From Planctomycetota bacterium (lineage in GTDB: Bacteria; Planctomycetota; UBA1135; UBA2386): a stretch of DNA of 23,094 nucleotides. The notes below the pieces were generated by a model that was not told the origin of the DNA, made no database searches, and saw nothing but the letters and a program-made list of their open reading frames with translations. Numbering within the stretch: position 1 is the stretch's first letter; every line of letters begins with the position of its first letter. A program made the translations under genes and the position numbers. The DNA is taken from contig CANMWZ010000051.1 in assembly GCA_947501605.1 (NCBI GenBank), forward strand, positions 1 to 23,094. The letters run 5' to 3'. Positions 16,701-23,094 of the stretch are shown here, piece by piece.

Positions 16701-17360
16701 CAGGGCCGCGAGTGCTTCGCGGATCTGCGCGAGCACATCCTCGAGGGGACGCGGATCGGGCGCGAGCTTCGTGTTTGCGTGGCGGCGGTAGGCGCGGTAG
16801 GGAGCGAGCAAGGCATCGGGCAGGAGACCTTCTTGCGCCGCGATCGCGGCCACCAGTGCGTCGCGAGTCTGGACCTCGAGGCGAACCGCGTCGTGCGCGG
16901 CGCTGACCAGCAGTGGGATCTCGTCGTCGACGAAGTCGCTGCGGAATGGCATCCCGCTCGCGAACGCGGACTCGTCGAGCACGCGCTTGCAGAAACTGTG
17001 GATCGTGGCGATCGACATCTCGTCGGTCTGCCTCAGGGCCTCGCGCAGAATCCGGGCTCCGGGCTCGCCGTGTTGCAGGACCAGTCCGCGCAGGAAGCCG
17101 TCACCGCGGCCTTCGTGCTCGAAGGCAAGAAGCGCATCCTTCAGCGCCTTGCGCACGCGCGTCTTGAGTTCCTGCGTTGCGGCCCGCGTGAACGTGACCA
17201 CGAGGACCTGCGACAGGCGATCGATGCGCTTGTCGAGCAGCAGGCGCAAGACGATGCCAGTGATGGTGTAGGTCTTGCCCGTTCCGGCGGAGGCTTCGAG
17301 TAGCATCGTGCCCCGTGGCAGCGCCGTGGTGCGCAGTTCGAAACTCGTGGTCGTCACCAT
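13734..17360 (-). CDS. recB: Exodeoxyribonuclease V beta subunit (3'-5' helicase/nuclease)
   Basis: EASAGTGKTYTI, VVTFTRAAT, IDEFQDTD, GDPKQSIYAFRGAD, HGSKGLQF, LYVALTRA; nuclease GSLDLL...DWKSN...YVLQYHLY. Confidence 0.96.
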   Translation of the reverse strand: MVTTTSFELRTTALPRGTMLLEASAGTGKTYTITGIVLRLLLDKRIDRLSQVLVVTFTRAATQELKTRVRKALKDALLAFEHEGRGDGFLRGLVLQHGEPGARILREALRQTDEMSIATIHSFCKRVLDESAFASGMPFRSDFVDDEIPLLVSAAHDAVRLEVQTRDALVAAIAAQEGLLPDALLAPYRAYRRHANTKLAPDPRPLEDVLAQIREALAALRALAEANDLPRSTFAAVRWLKDGQQSVLGQAGEGLSDQLRTRMLADQPPTAWYLLLARPTLAKLIAKRPPPPPLDHLLFEHCTRYAEAHAQAAHSLRAALFARMDERLRWQKHANNSLSYHDLLTELDTALHDSDRGPGLLRSIQARSRIAIIDEFQDTDPLQYRVFATCFATTGLYLVGDPKQSIYAFRGADVHAYLEARSDAREATHTLAENHRSHPQLIRAVATLFRGTAAFAYSGITLPPVAAALTAEELAVEGLPGPVMQLRCLDVTAANSGSKETLTRAVAIDVAEECVRLLRNIRITLPRGNAKAALQARDLAVLTRSNQEAQLVQDELRRRGVHSAIGRAGDVFECPEMDDVLCLLRALGPASPSRLVRAAWTTPLFGLSIEGLEALDQDLDEQQRWLVRCFDYRSTFVRHGVLAMFAELFATEHVRSRLLERADGERKLTNYLQIAELLHQAEHEHHRRGESLVAWLEHERDHAQAVDQDLKELRLESDADAVQILTAHGSKGLQFEIVFVPFAWTGRRAPSSSVPLLARQSGGGYALDFRTKESDRASNLESYLREQLCEDLRLLYVALTRARRRCYVHALNSHAGHTSGLAWLLLGPGRHDVALDSFDFKAWRDGGKVEFAAWVDAAAAIANQSEDSIGCERPVARLGAAKEAATKAAVRSMATPRALPAVLAQGFRTTSFSSLCSHDRASAEVVEASDSRIVSDEPEAPTANTESSAASATAAPTGMFAFARGAAAGTCLHQLLEHADLQMEDRALLPLIEATLREHALDTPLAHRATIHAVAAVAAMLRTLRTTKLGSFGFCLQDLAQKQRAAEWRFQARARHIVPNHLAALFATHAEEPVRHYAARLRTLSARSIEGFLTGSLDLLCEHENRFFVFDWKSNWLGDSAEDYTPARLLADAQQNDYVLQYHLYVLAVHRHLKARLPNYDYEHHMGGACYVYLRGLKDGSGATGVFCDRPPYTLIAALDAWLDGVER

Positions 17361-20300
17361 GCCCTCACGGTCCCGACTGTGCGCAAGGCCTCGAGATGCA
17401 CTCTCTCGACCCAGTCCGCGAACTCTGGAGTGGCGAGCGGGTCATAGCCGCGGAAGCAGAGTTCGATTGCCGGGTCCGGCAAGTCGTGGCCAAAGGGGCG
17501 GTCGGCGTCGGGTTCGTAGGCCAGCCGCGCGAGGGCCAAGGCTGCTTGCGGACTGCGTTTGTCCTCGTCGAGCAGCGCGGTCGCGAAGGCGAGGCTCGCT
17601 TGCGGCGGGCACGGCAACGGGGCGCTCTGCCCCGCGAAGTAGCCGAGGACCAGATGCTCCAGCCTTGTGTGTGGATCGGACAACGGTGCCAAATGGTGCT
17701 GGCCATCCAACCCGAGGAGGTGCGTCTCGACCGGCAGAGTGTCAAGCGCGGCGGCAGCGCACGACAGCAGCACGTGGAGAAGATACGCGCGCAGCGCATG
17801 CTCCTTTGCCCACGAGCCTGGGCGCCAGAGCACCATGGCATCGCGGCGCAAACAGTCGAGTTCGCCATGCACCACGAAGCCACTGCCGCGGATCTCGATC
17901 CGCGCCCGACCGGTGCCGTGGCTCTTGCCCACGCGGTCGGCGAACTGGTCGGCCTTCTGGTCGAGTTCACCGAGCACGAGTTGCCCAAGTGGTCCAGGCG
18001 GCAGCATGCCCGTTGCTCGGGGGGCGGGGCCGAGACTGGAGCCGGTTGTCCCGGCGAGGCGGCGCTCGACGGCGCGCTGCAGCAACTGGAAGCTGTCGAG
18101 TCGATGGACCTCGAACGGTTCGCATTCGTCCACCGCGTCTTCGCGATTGACGAAGTGCACGTCGAGCACGCGGCGGCAGTAGTCGCGTTGGGGGTGCCGC
18201 CAGAATGCGACCAAGTCGTCGAGTTCGATGCGCGTCGGTGCCTCGCTGCTGGGGCGGTCCGCCGCTGCTGTGGCGTGGCGCGCAGTGGCCGTTGAAGGTT
18301 GTCCGCTCGCCGCCTTCCGGGTCGAATACGTGAACAGGCGCGGGTCGGTGCCGCCGTAGCGAGAACTGAACGACTGCAAGGGATGATCGACGTGTACTTG
18401 CGCACGCACGCTGTCGAAGTCAGCGGCTGGCAGGAAGGCCTGATCAAGGTGGTCGAGGAGTTCGCTCAGCACCGTAGAAGGGGCGCACTCGCTGTTGTCC
18501 TTGCTGGATCGGCCGACCCAGGTCAGCACGAGGCGGTCTTTGGCGGCCAGTATGGCGTCGAGAAACATCTGGCGGTCGTCGTCGCGACGGTTGCGGTCGC
18601 CGGGTCTTCGTTCGTGCTGCAGCAGGTCGAACTCGTGGCGCGACTGGCTTCGCGGAAAGGAGCCATCATGCAATGCGCAGATCGCGATCACGCGCATGGG
18701 GATGGCGCGCATCGGCCGTAGTGCCGCGACGGTGACTTGGCCCGAGAGGAAGCCGCGACTGTCGCCCTTGCTGCTCAGTTCGTCCTGAAGCCACTGGCGG
18801 ATGGCGGTCGACGACATCGAGACGGGTTTGTGCCCGGCGACGATCGGATCGAGTTCGCGCAGCCGACGTGCGGCGGCGCGCAGGTACTGGAGCCCTTGCT
18901 CCTCGTCGGGGAGTGCGGCGTCGAATAGCTGCTCGCAGATGCCGTCGAAGCACGTGGCCCAGTCCGCGAGAGTGCGTTCGTGCGCGAGCGCGTCGCATGC
19001 AGCTGTCACGGCACCGTAGAACGCGAGGAAGTTCGCGAGCAGGGCGGCACGCCCCATGGTGTCGTCGCCCATGGGCAGCAAGCCAAGTACGGTTTCGTCG
19101 AGCGGGCCGGTGGCGACACCGAGGGCAAGTCGCTCGAGTCCTTGCCGCCAGGTGTTGGCGTCTTCGAGCGGCAGCGAGAGGTCGCGCGCCTTTTGCGCCC
19201 CGTCGAGACCCCAGCGGATACGGGTGCGCTCGACGAAGTCGCGCACGGAGCCGAGCTGCGATCGTGCGATCGAGAAGCGCCGTGCGATCGAGTCTTCTTC
19301 GAGCAGTGCCAACAAGGACGACGCGACAAAGCGGTTCTTCGCCAGTTCGAACAGCCGCAAGAACGCGGTTGGCACCGACAGTTCTTGCGCGGGGTCGCGG
19401 TCGGCGATGTGCACCCGCAAGAGATGCTGAACTGGCGCGAAGGCAGCTTCGACGTACGGCGCGTAGGCCTGGACATCGGGCAGCAGCACGAGCACTTCGC
19501 TCGGCTTCAGCTCGGGCAACTCCGCGAACGCAGCGAGGAGTTGGTCGCGCAGGATCTCCATCTCGCGCAGCGGCCCGTGCGCAGCATGTACGCGCAGCGA
19601 AGCCTCGTCGGGCCGCAGTGGCAGCGGCGGTGCGTCGCCTTGCTCGCGCCGGTCGCGCAAGTGCAGCACATCGGACTGCAGCGTGTGCAACAGCGAGTCG
19701 GTGAGGGGGTCAACAAAGTCCAGTGGTTGCTCGGCATCGACGTCGCCGGCGACGTCTTGCAGTTGGTCGTGGAACTCGCGCGACGCAGCCCCGAGCGCTT
19801 CGAGCAGCACGGGTCCGCTGCCGGGTGGGCGTTCGCCGCCGCCGCGTTGCCGACGCAGGTCGCCGAAGAAGTGCTCGGTGGGTTTCGTCGCGTAGACCGT
19901 CACATCGATACGCTTGCCGATCTCGTGGAGCAGATCGAGGAAGGCCTTGGGCATGCTTGCGACCCCGAACACCGACAGGCGTTGCGGCAACATCCGCCCG
20001 CTGCGTCCGGCATCGAGTAGCAAGGTGCGGACGTTGCCGAGGCGATGTGCTGCGGCTCTGGTCCCTTGGTCTTGGCACTCGTGCAGCAAGGCTCGAAACA
20101 GCCGCATCTGCCAATCGGCATGCAGGAGGTCGGGGTAGTCGCCGCGTTCGAACTGCGCCAGCCAGTCGTGCCGGAAGAGCTGGTAGTCGTCAAAGCACTG
20201 CGCCAGCGCGCTGGCCAGCTGCAGCCGCTTTTGCTGATCGTCGTCGCGGCGGCAGTAGGCTGCGGCGGCGCCGAGTTGGGGGCTTAGTGCGGGATCCCCG

Positions 20301-20587
20301 AGCAGGCGAAAGATCCGGAAGACCAAGGCCGAACGGTCGAACGGGGCCTGCAGCGAAACCTCGCCGCACAGGGACTGCAGCCAGGCGCCGGGGAATGGCA
20401 GGGAGAGGCTGGCAGCGATGCCGTGCCGCTTCGCGATCTCGAGTTCGACGTAGCGACCGATGCCTCGACTGGGCACGAGAATCGTCTCCACCTGAAGTGG
20501 CGGCAGCGGTTCGGCGTCGATGCGCTCGGCGAGTGCCGCGATCAGCACGTCGAGGCGATTGCTGGTGTGTACCGTCCAGGATCCCAC
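17354..20587 (-). CDS. recC: Exodeoxyribonuclease V gamma subunit, about 1077 aa
   Basis: HTSNRLDVL, ETILVPSRGI, FDDYQLFR, HGPLREMEILRDQL, MRAIPMRVI, PGDRNRRDDDRQMFLDA, HPLQSFS, FWRHP. GTG 20587 chosen because the extension to 21082 overlaps the upstream permease. Confidence 0.95.
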   Translation of the reverse strand: MGSWTVHTSNRLDVLIAALAERIDAEPLPPLQVETILVPSRGIGRYVELEIAKRHGIAASLSLPFPGAWLQSLCGEVSLQAPFDRSALVFRIFRLLGDPALSPQLGAAAAYCRRDDDQQKRLQLASALAQCFDDYQLFRHDWLAQFERGDYPDLLHADWQMRLFRALLHECQDQGTRAAAHRLGNVRTLLLDAGRSGRMLPQRLSVFGVASMPKAFLDLLHEIGKRIDVTVYATKPTEHFFGDLRRQRGGGERPPGSGPVLLEALGAASREFHDQLQDVAGDVDAEQPLDFVDPLTDSLLHTLQSDVLHLRDRREQGDAPPLPLRPDEASLRVHAAHGPLREMEILRDQLLAAFAELPELKPSEVLVLLPDVQAYAPYVEAAFAPVQHLLRVHIADRDPAQELSVPTAFLRLFELAKNRFVASSLLALLEEDSIARRFSIARSQLGSVRDFVERTRIRWGLDGAQKARDLSLPLEDANTWRQGLERLALGVATGPLDETVLGLLPMGDDTMGRAALLANFLAFYGAVTAACDALAHERTLADWATCFDGICEQLFDAALPDEEQGLQYLRAAARRLRELDPIVAGHKPVSMSSTAIRQWLQDELSSKGDSRGFLSGQVTVAALRPMRAIPMRVIAICALHDGSFPRSQSRHEFDLLQHERRPGDRNRRDDDRQMFLDAILAAKDRLVLTWVGRSSKDNSECAPSTVLSELLDHLDQAFLPAADFDSVRAQVHVDHPLQSFSSRYGGTDPRLFTYSTRKAASGQPSTATARHATAAADRPSSEAPTRIELDDLVAFWRHPQRDYCRRVLDVHFVNREDAVDECEPFEVHRLDSFQLLQRAVERRLAGTTGSSLGPAPRATGMLPPGPLGQLVLGELDQKADQFADRVGKSHGTGRARIEIRGSGFVVHGELDCLRRDAMVLWRPGSWAKEHALRAYLLHVLLSCAAAALDTLPVETHLLGLDGQHHLAPLSDPHTRLEHLVLGYFAGQSAPLPCPPQASLAFATALLDEDKRSPQAALALARLAYEPDADRPFGHDLPDPAIELCFRGYDPLATPEFADWVERVHLEALRTVGTVRAW

Positions 20588-20594
20588 GCTGCCG

Positions 20595-20600
20595 ACGATA
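20595..20600 (-). promoter_or_regulatory. Candidate -10 element (TATCGT) 7 nt upstream of the recC start codon
   Basis: Minus strand reads GC-TATCGT-CGGCAGC-GTG with no SD. The same GC-TATCGT lies 10 nt before the methyltransferase ATG (8109-8114). Confidence 0.5.
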
Positions 20601-20636
20601 GCGGCGCGAGGGGCGAATGCGCGCGAACGATCTGCG

Positions 20637-22649
20637 TCAGTGCGGCGAGTCCTGGTTATCGCAACAGTCGTGGCTTGCGGTCGTGTTGGGCCGGGTTGCA
20701 GGCTTCTGCACCGTGCCCGTTTCGGTGGTGGGTGTGGGCGTCGAGGTTGTGCGGGGGCCGAGTTGGATGTGGCCGTGGTCATGCACGTGACCTGGACCGC
20801 GGCCATGGCCGTGGGCCGAGCCGTGGTCGTCGTCCTCGTCGCCGGGCGTGCAGCAGCCACCCTGATGGGTGTGTGCGTGGCTGCCGTCGACGTTGGCGGG
20901 CGACTCGAACAAGCGTTCGAGGAATGGTCGAACCCCCTGGCGCAACAAGGACCAGAGCAGGAGGCCGCCGAACACAGCGAGGCACAACCAGCCAAAGGCG
21001 CCGTGCTCATGCGTGAGGCTCGCGCTGGCCTCGTTCTTGATGCGCGCCGGCAGGATCGCGTTGGCGGCGTAGCCGAGCACAATCGTGCCGAGCCACATTG
21101 CGCAGGCGAAGGTGACGGTCACCCCCGTGCCGTGCAGTCGGCGCAGCATGCCGAAGGTGGTGATGTTGGTAGCAGGACCGGTCAGCAGCAAGGCCAGGAC
21201 CGCGCCGGGCGACAGGCCTTGCCCGAGCAGGATGGCCGCTAGTGGCGTGCTGCCGGTGGCGCACACATACAGGGGCAGGCCGATGAGTGCGGCGATCGGG
21301 ACGTCGAGCCCGCTTGGCAGCGACGCGATCCACTCGGAGCTGACGTACGGCATCAGCAGTGCGGACAACACGAGGCCCATGAGGATCCAGCTGGCAGTGT
21401 TGTCGACTGCGGGACCGTAGCCAAAGCGAACGGCCTCACGAAGACGCTGGGCAAAGGTGCCGGCTGGCGCGGCGGGCATCGCCGCCATGTCCGCGGCTGC
21501 GGTCGCGGCCATCGTCGCCCGCTGCTTGTGCAGCAGCGCCACGGACATGCCCACCGTGAGTGCCAAGAGTGCCGCCATCGCCACCCGCATGCCGGCGATT
21601 TCCGGACCCATCAGCTGCCAGGTGAGCATTACGGCGGTGATCTCTAGTTCGGGTGTGGCCACCAAGAAGGCAATCGCCGCTGCGAGCGACGCTCCCTGCT
21701 GCACCAACTGGCGGTAGATCGGCACGACGCCGCATGAGCACACCGGCAGCGGCAAACCGATCGCGACGCCGCGCAGTGCCTGTTGCAGCGCGTTGCCGCG
21801 CGTCATGCGCGCGAGCCAACCAGCGGGCAAGAAGGCGTGGCACAGACCGACCAGCAGGTAGGCGAGTACCAACGTCGGTGCCGATTCGAGCGCAAGCTGC
21901 ACGAAGACATGCGCGGGTGTCTGCCCTTCGCCGTCGTGGACGTGGCCGTGGATCACAAACCACAGCACGAACGCAGCGATGGCGGCGCCGGCGACCGAGG
22001 CCAAGTGCCAGCGCTGGCGGTCGCGCGGGGCAGGGATGTGGGCGTGGAAGACGACGTGAAGCAGCGAGCCCGCGAGCAGGGCTTGGAGCATCGCCAGCCC
22101 CGAGGCGGAGCTCTCCAAGTCATGGCCCAGGAAGAATCCGAACAAGGTCGCCAGGATCGTCACTGCCATCACCAGCACGGCAGCGGTTCGGCCGAGCGTG
22201 CGCGGGACGATCCACCAAATGCCGATGCCTTCGGGGATGCGGTGCAGGATCACTGCCCAGGCCGTCACGTCATGCGAATGCGCGTGCGCCGCAGCCTCGC
22301 CGTCGTGGATGTGGCCGGCGCCATGGAGGAACAGGCCGTCGAGCGTGTCGTGCGCGGCCATGCCGAGCAGTGCCAGCACGAGTACGAGGCGCCGCAGGTT
22401 GGGGCTGTTTCGCTGCAGACCGCGCTCGGCCAAGGTCGGGGCCAGGAAGCCAGCGAAGGCCAGCGGCAGCGCGCTCCAGCCAGCCTGATCGACGCATTCG
22501 GGCAGCAGGTGCAGCAGTGCAAAGCCGCTGATCGTCACGACACAAAAGCTGTCGACCAGGATGGTCGACCACGCGTGCCGGCGGGCGAGGACTACCAGCA
22601 GAGGGCCCAAGGCCAACGCCGCGAAACTGAGGAGGAGCTTGTCGACCAA
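20637..22649 (-). CDS. Metal permease: N-terminal ZIP-like domain fused to an ArsP_1/SO_0444-like permease domain, His/Cys-rich tail, 670 aa
   Basis: N-terminal HLLPE, HDTLDG, HIHDGEAAAHAHSH, LHRIPEG; C-terminal GLPLPVCSCGVVP, AFLVATPE, GLPLYVCATGSTP, LLTGPATN; tail with multiple HxH motifs and two CC pairs. TTG start. Confidence 0.88.
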   Translation of the reverse strand: MVDKLLLSFAALALGPLLVVLARRHAWSTILVDSFCVVTISGFALLHLLPECVDQAGWSALPLAFAGFLAPTLAERGLQRNSPNLRRLVLVLALLGMAAHDTLDGLFLHGAGHIHDGEAAAHAHSHDVTAWAVILHRIPEGIGIWWIVPRTLGRTAAVLVMAVTILATLFGFFLGHDLESSASGLAMLQALLAGSLLHVVFHAHIPAPRDRQRWHLASVAGAAIAAFVLWFVIHGHVHDGEGQTPAHVFVQLALESAPTLVLAYLLVGLCHAFLPAGWLARMTRGNALQQALRGVAIGLPLPVCSCGVVPIYRQLVQQGASLAAAIAFLVATPELEITAVMLTWQLMGPEIAGMRVAMAALLALTVGMSVALLHKQRATMAATAAADMAAMPAAPAGTFAQRLREAVRFGYGPAVDNTASWILMGLVLSALLMPYVSSEWIASLPSGLDVPIAALIGLPLYVCATGSTPLAAILLGQGLSPGAVLALLLTGPATNITTFGMLRRLHGTGVTVTFACAMWLGTIVLGYAANAILPARIKNEASASLTHEHGAFGWLCLAVFGGLLLWSLLRQGVRPFLERLFESPANVDGSHAHTHQGGCCTPGDEDDDHGSAHGHGRGPGHVHDHGHIQLGPRTTSTPTPTTETGTVQKPATRPNTTASHDCCDNQDSPH

Positions 22650-22872
22650 GGTGGGGTGGCGATCTTGGGGCAGCGGACCGGCTGCGGCAAGCTGCGTGAT
22701 TGGACCTGGGGCAGCAGTTGTTTGGGATTTCCGCTCGCGCTAGCGGTGGCGGTGCTGCCGGGAGCCATTCGCCCACGATGCGGCGGGCGTGGCCAAGGGT
22801 GCAAGAGAAGGCACGCCACCGGCGGAGCAGATCGAGGCCGCGACCGGGGCAGCGCAGCCGCCGCGGCACGAC

Positions 22873-22906
22873 GCGGACACCGCCTGCAAGCGGACACCGC
22901 CTGCAA
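22873..22906. repeat. Perfect 17-bp tandem duplication
   Basis: GCGGACACCGCCTGCAA at 22873-22889 and 22890-22906. Confidence 0.9.
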
Positions 22907-22914
22907 TAGGTCCA

Positions 22915-22955
22915 GAAATGAAAACAGCCCGAGGATCGTTCGATCCTAGGGCTGT
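22915..22955 (-). terminator. Intrinsic terminator of the upstream minus-strand gene
   Basis: Stem ACAGCCC-G-AGGATC (22924-22937) / GATCCT-A-GGGCTGT (22942-22955); the minus strand continues into TTTCATTTC. Confidence 0.8.
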
Positions 22956-23003
22956 CGTCAGGCGGTGCCGCTGCTCACGCAGACCGGCACCATACCTTTG
23001 CGA

Positions 23004-23094
23004 TCACCAGCGATCGCCGCCGCGGTCGTCGCCGCCGCGATCGCGGCCGCCACCGTAGCCGCCACGGCCACCGCCGCCGCCGCCACCGCCGCCG
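23004..23094 (-). CDS. 3' end of a Gly/Arg-rich protein, probably an RRM-type RNA-binding protein (partial)
   Basis: Minus strand reads GGGGGGGGGRGGYGGGRDRGGDDRGGDRW*, followed by a strong terminator. Such RGG tails ending in RW/RY are typical of bacterial single-RRM proteins, but the RRM itself lies outside the window. Confidence 0.7.
   Translation of the reverse strand, partial: GGGGGGGGGRGGYGGGRDRGGDDRGGDRW

Noticed and set aside
11917..20587. Helicase-nuclease cluster as a novel defence system or AddAB
   Set aside because: Gene order, sizes and motifs match ordinary RecC-RecB-RecD with intact Walker A and nuclease motifs.
20588..21082. 165-aa N-terminal extension of RecC (apparent novel fusion)
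   Set aside because: It is an alternative frame of the permease's 3' end; the conserved RecC start motif begins right after 20587.
11899..22949. Long + strand ORFs antisense to recD/recB/recC/permease (e.g. 18980-20020, 21783-22949)
   Set aside because: Shadow ORFs expected from high-GC codon bias on the opposite strand; no recognisable domains.

Overview
High-GC bacterial window; the lineage cannot be fixed from sequence alone, and my impression of a Planctomycetota-like host is unverified. The left end (1-560) is probably the right junction (attR-like) of an element integrated at tRNA-fMet. Only the 3' half of the tRNA is present (468-512, from the anticodon loop to CCA). It is preceded by repeated GTGTCC arm-like motifs and followed by a terminator. 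After about 1 kb with no convincing gene comes a + strand accessory block: an XRE-family HTH regulator coupled to a single-pass membrane protein, a small 4-Cys protein, a small multi-TM protein, and a translationally coupled operon of three lipoproteins (one cupredoxin-like, two paralogous DUF799/GNA1162-like with C-terminal beta domains). The rest is mostly minus-strand, core-like genes: a di-heme cytochrome c peroxidase-family lipoprotein, an RlmI/RlmK-like methyltransferase, a small + strand coiled-coil protein, PhoD, a YbiR/ArsB-NhaD-type permease, an MmcQ/YjbR protein coupled to recD-recB-recC, a ZIP-like/ArsP-like fused metal permease with a His/Cys tail, and the Gly-rich 3' end of a probable RNA-binding protein. 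The best candidates for undescribed systems are the XRE/membrane/small-Cys cassette, the three-lipoprotein operon and the ZIP-ArsP fusion. All family calls come from motif recognition by eye, not database searches.
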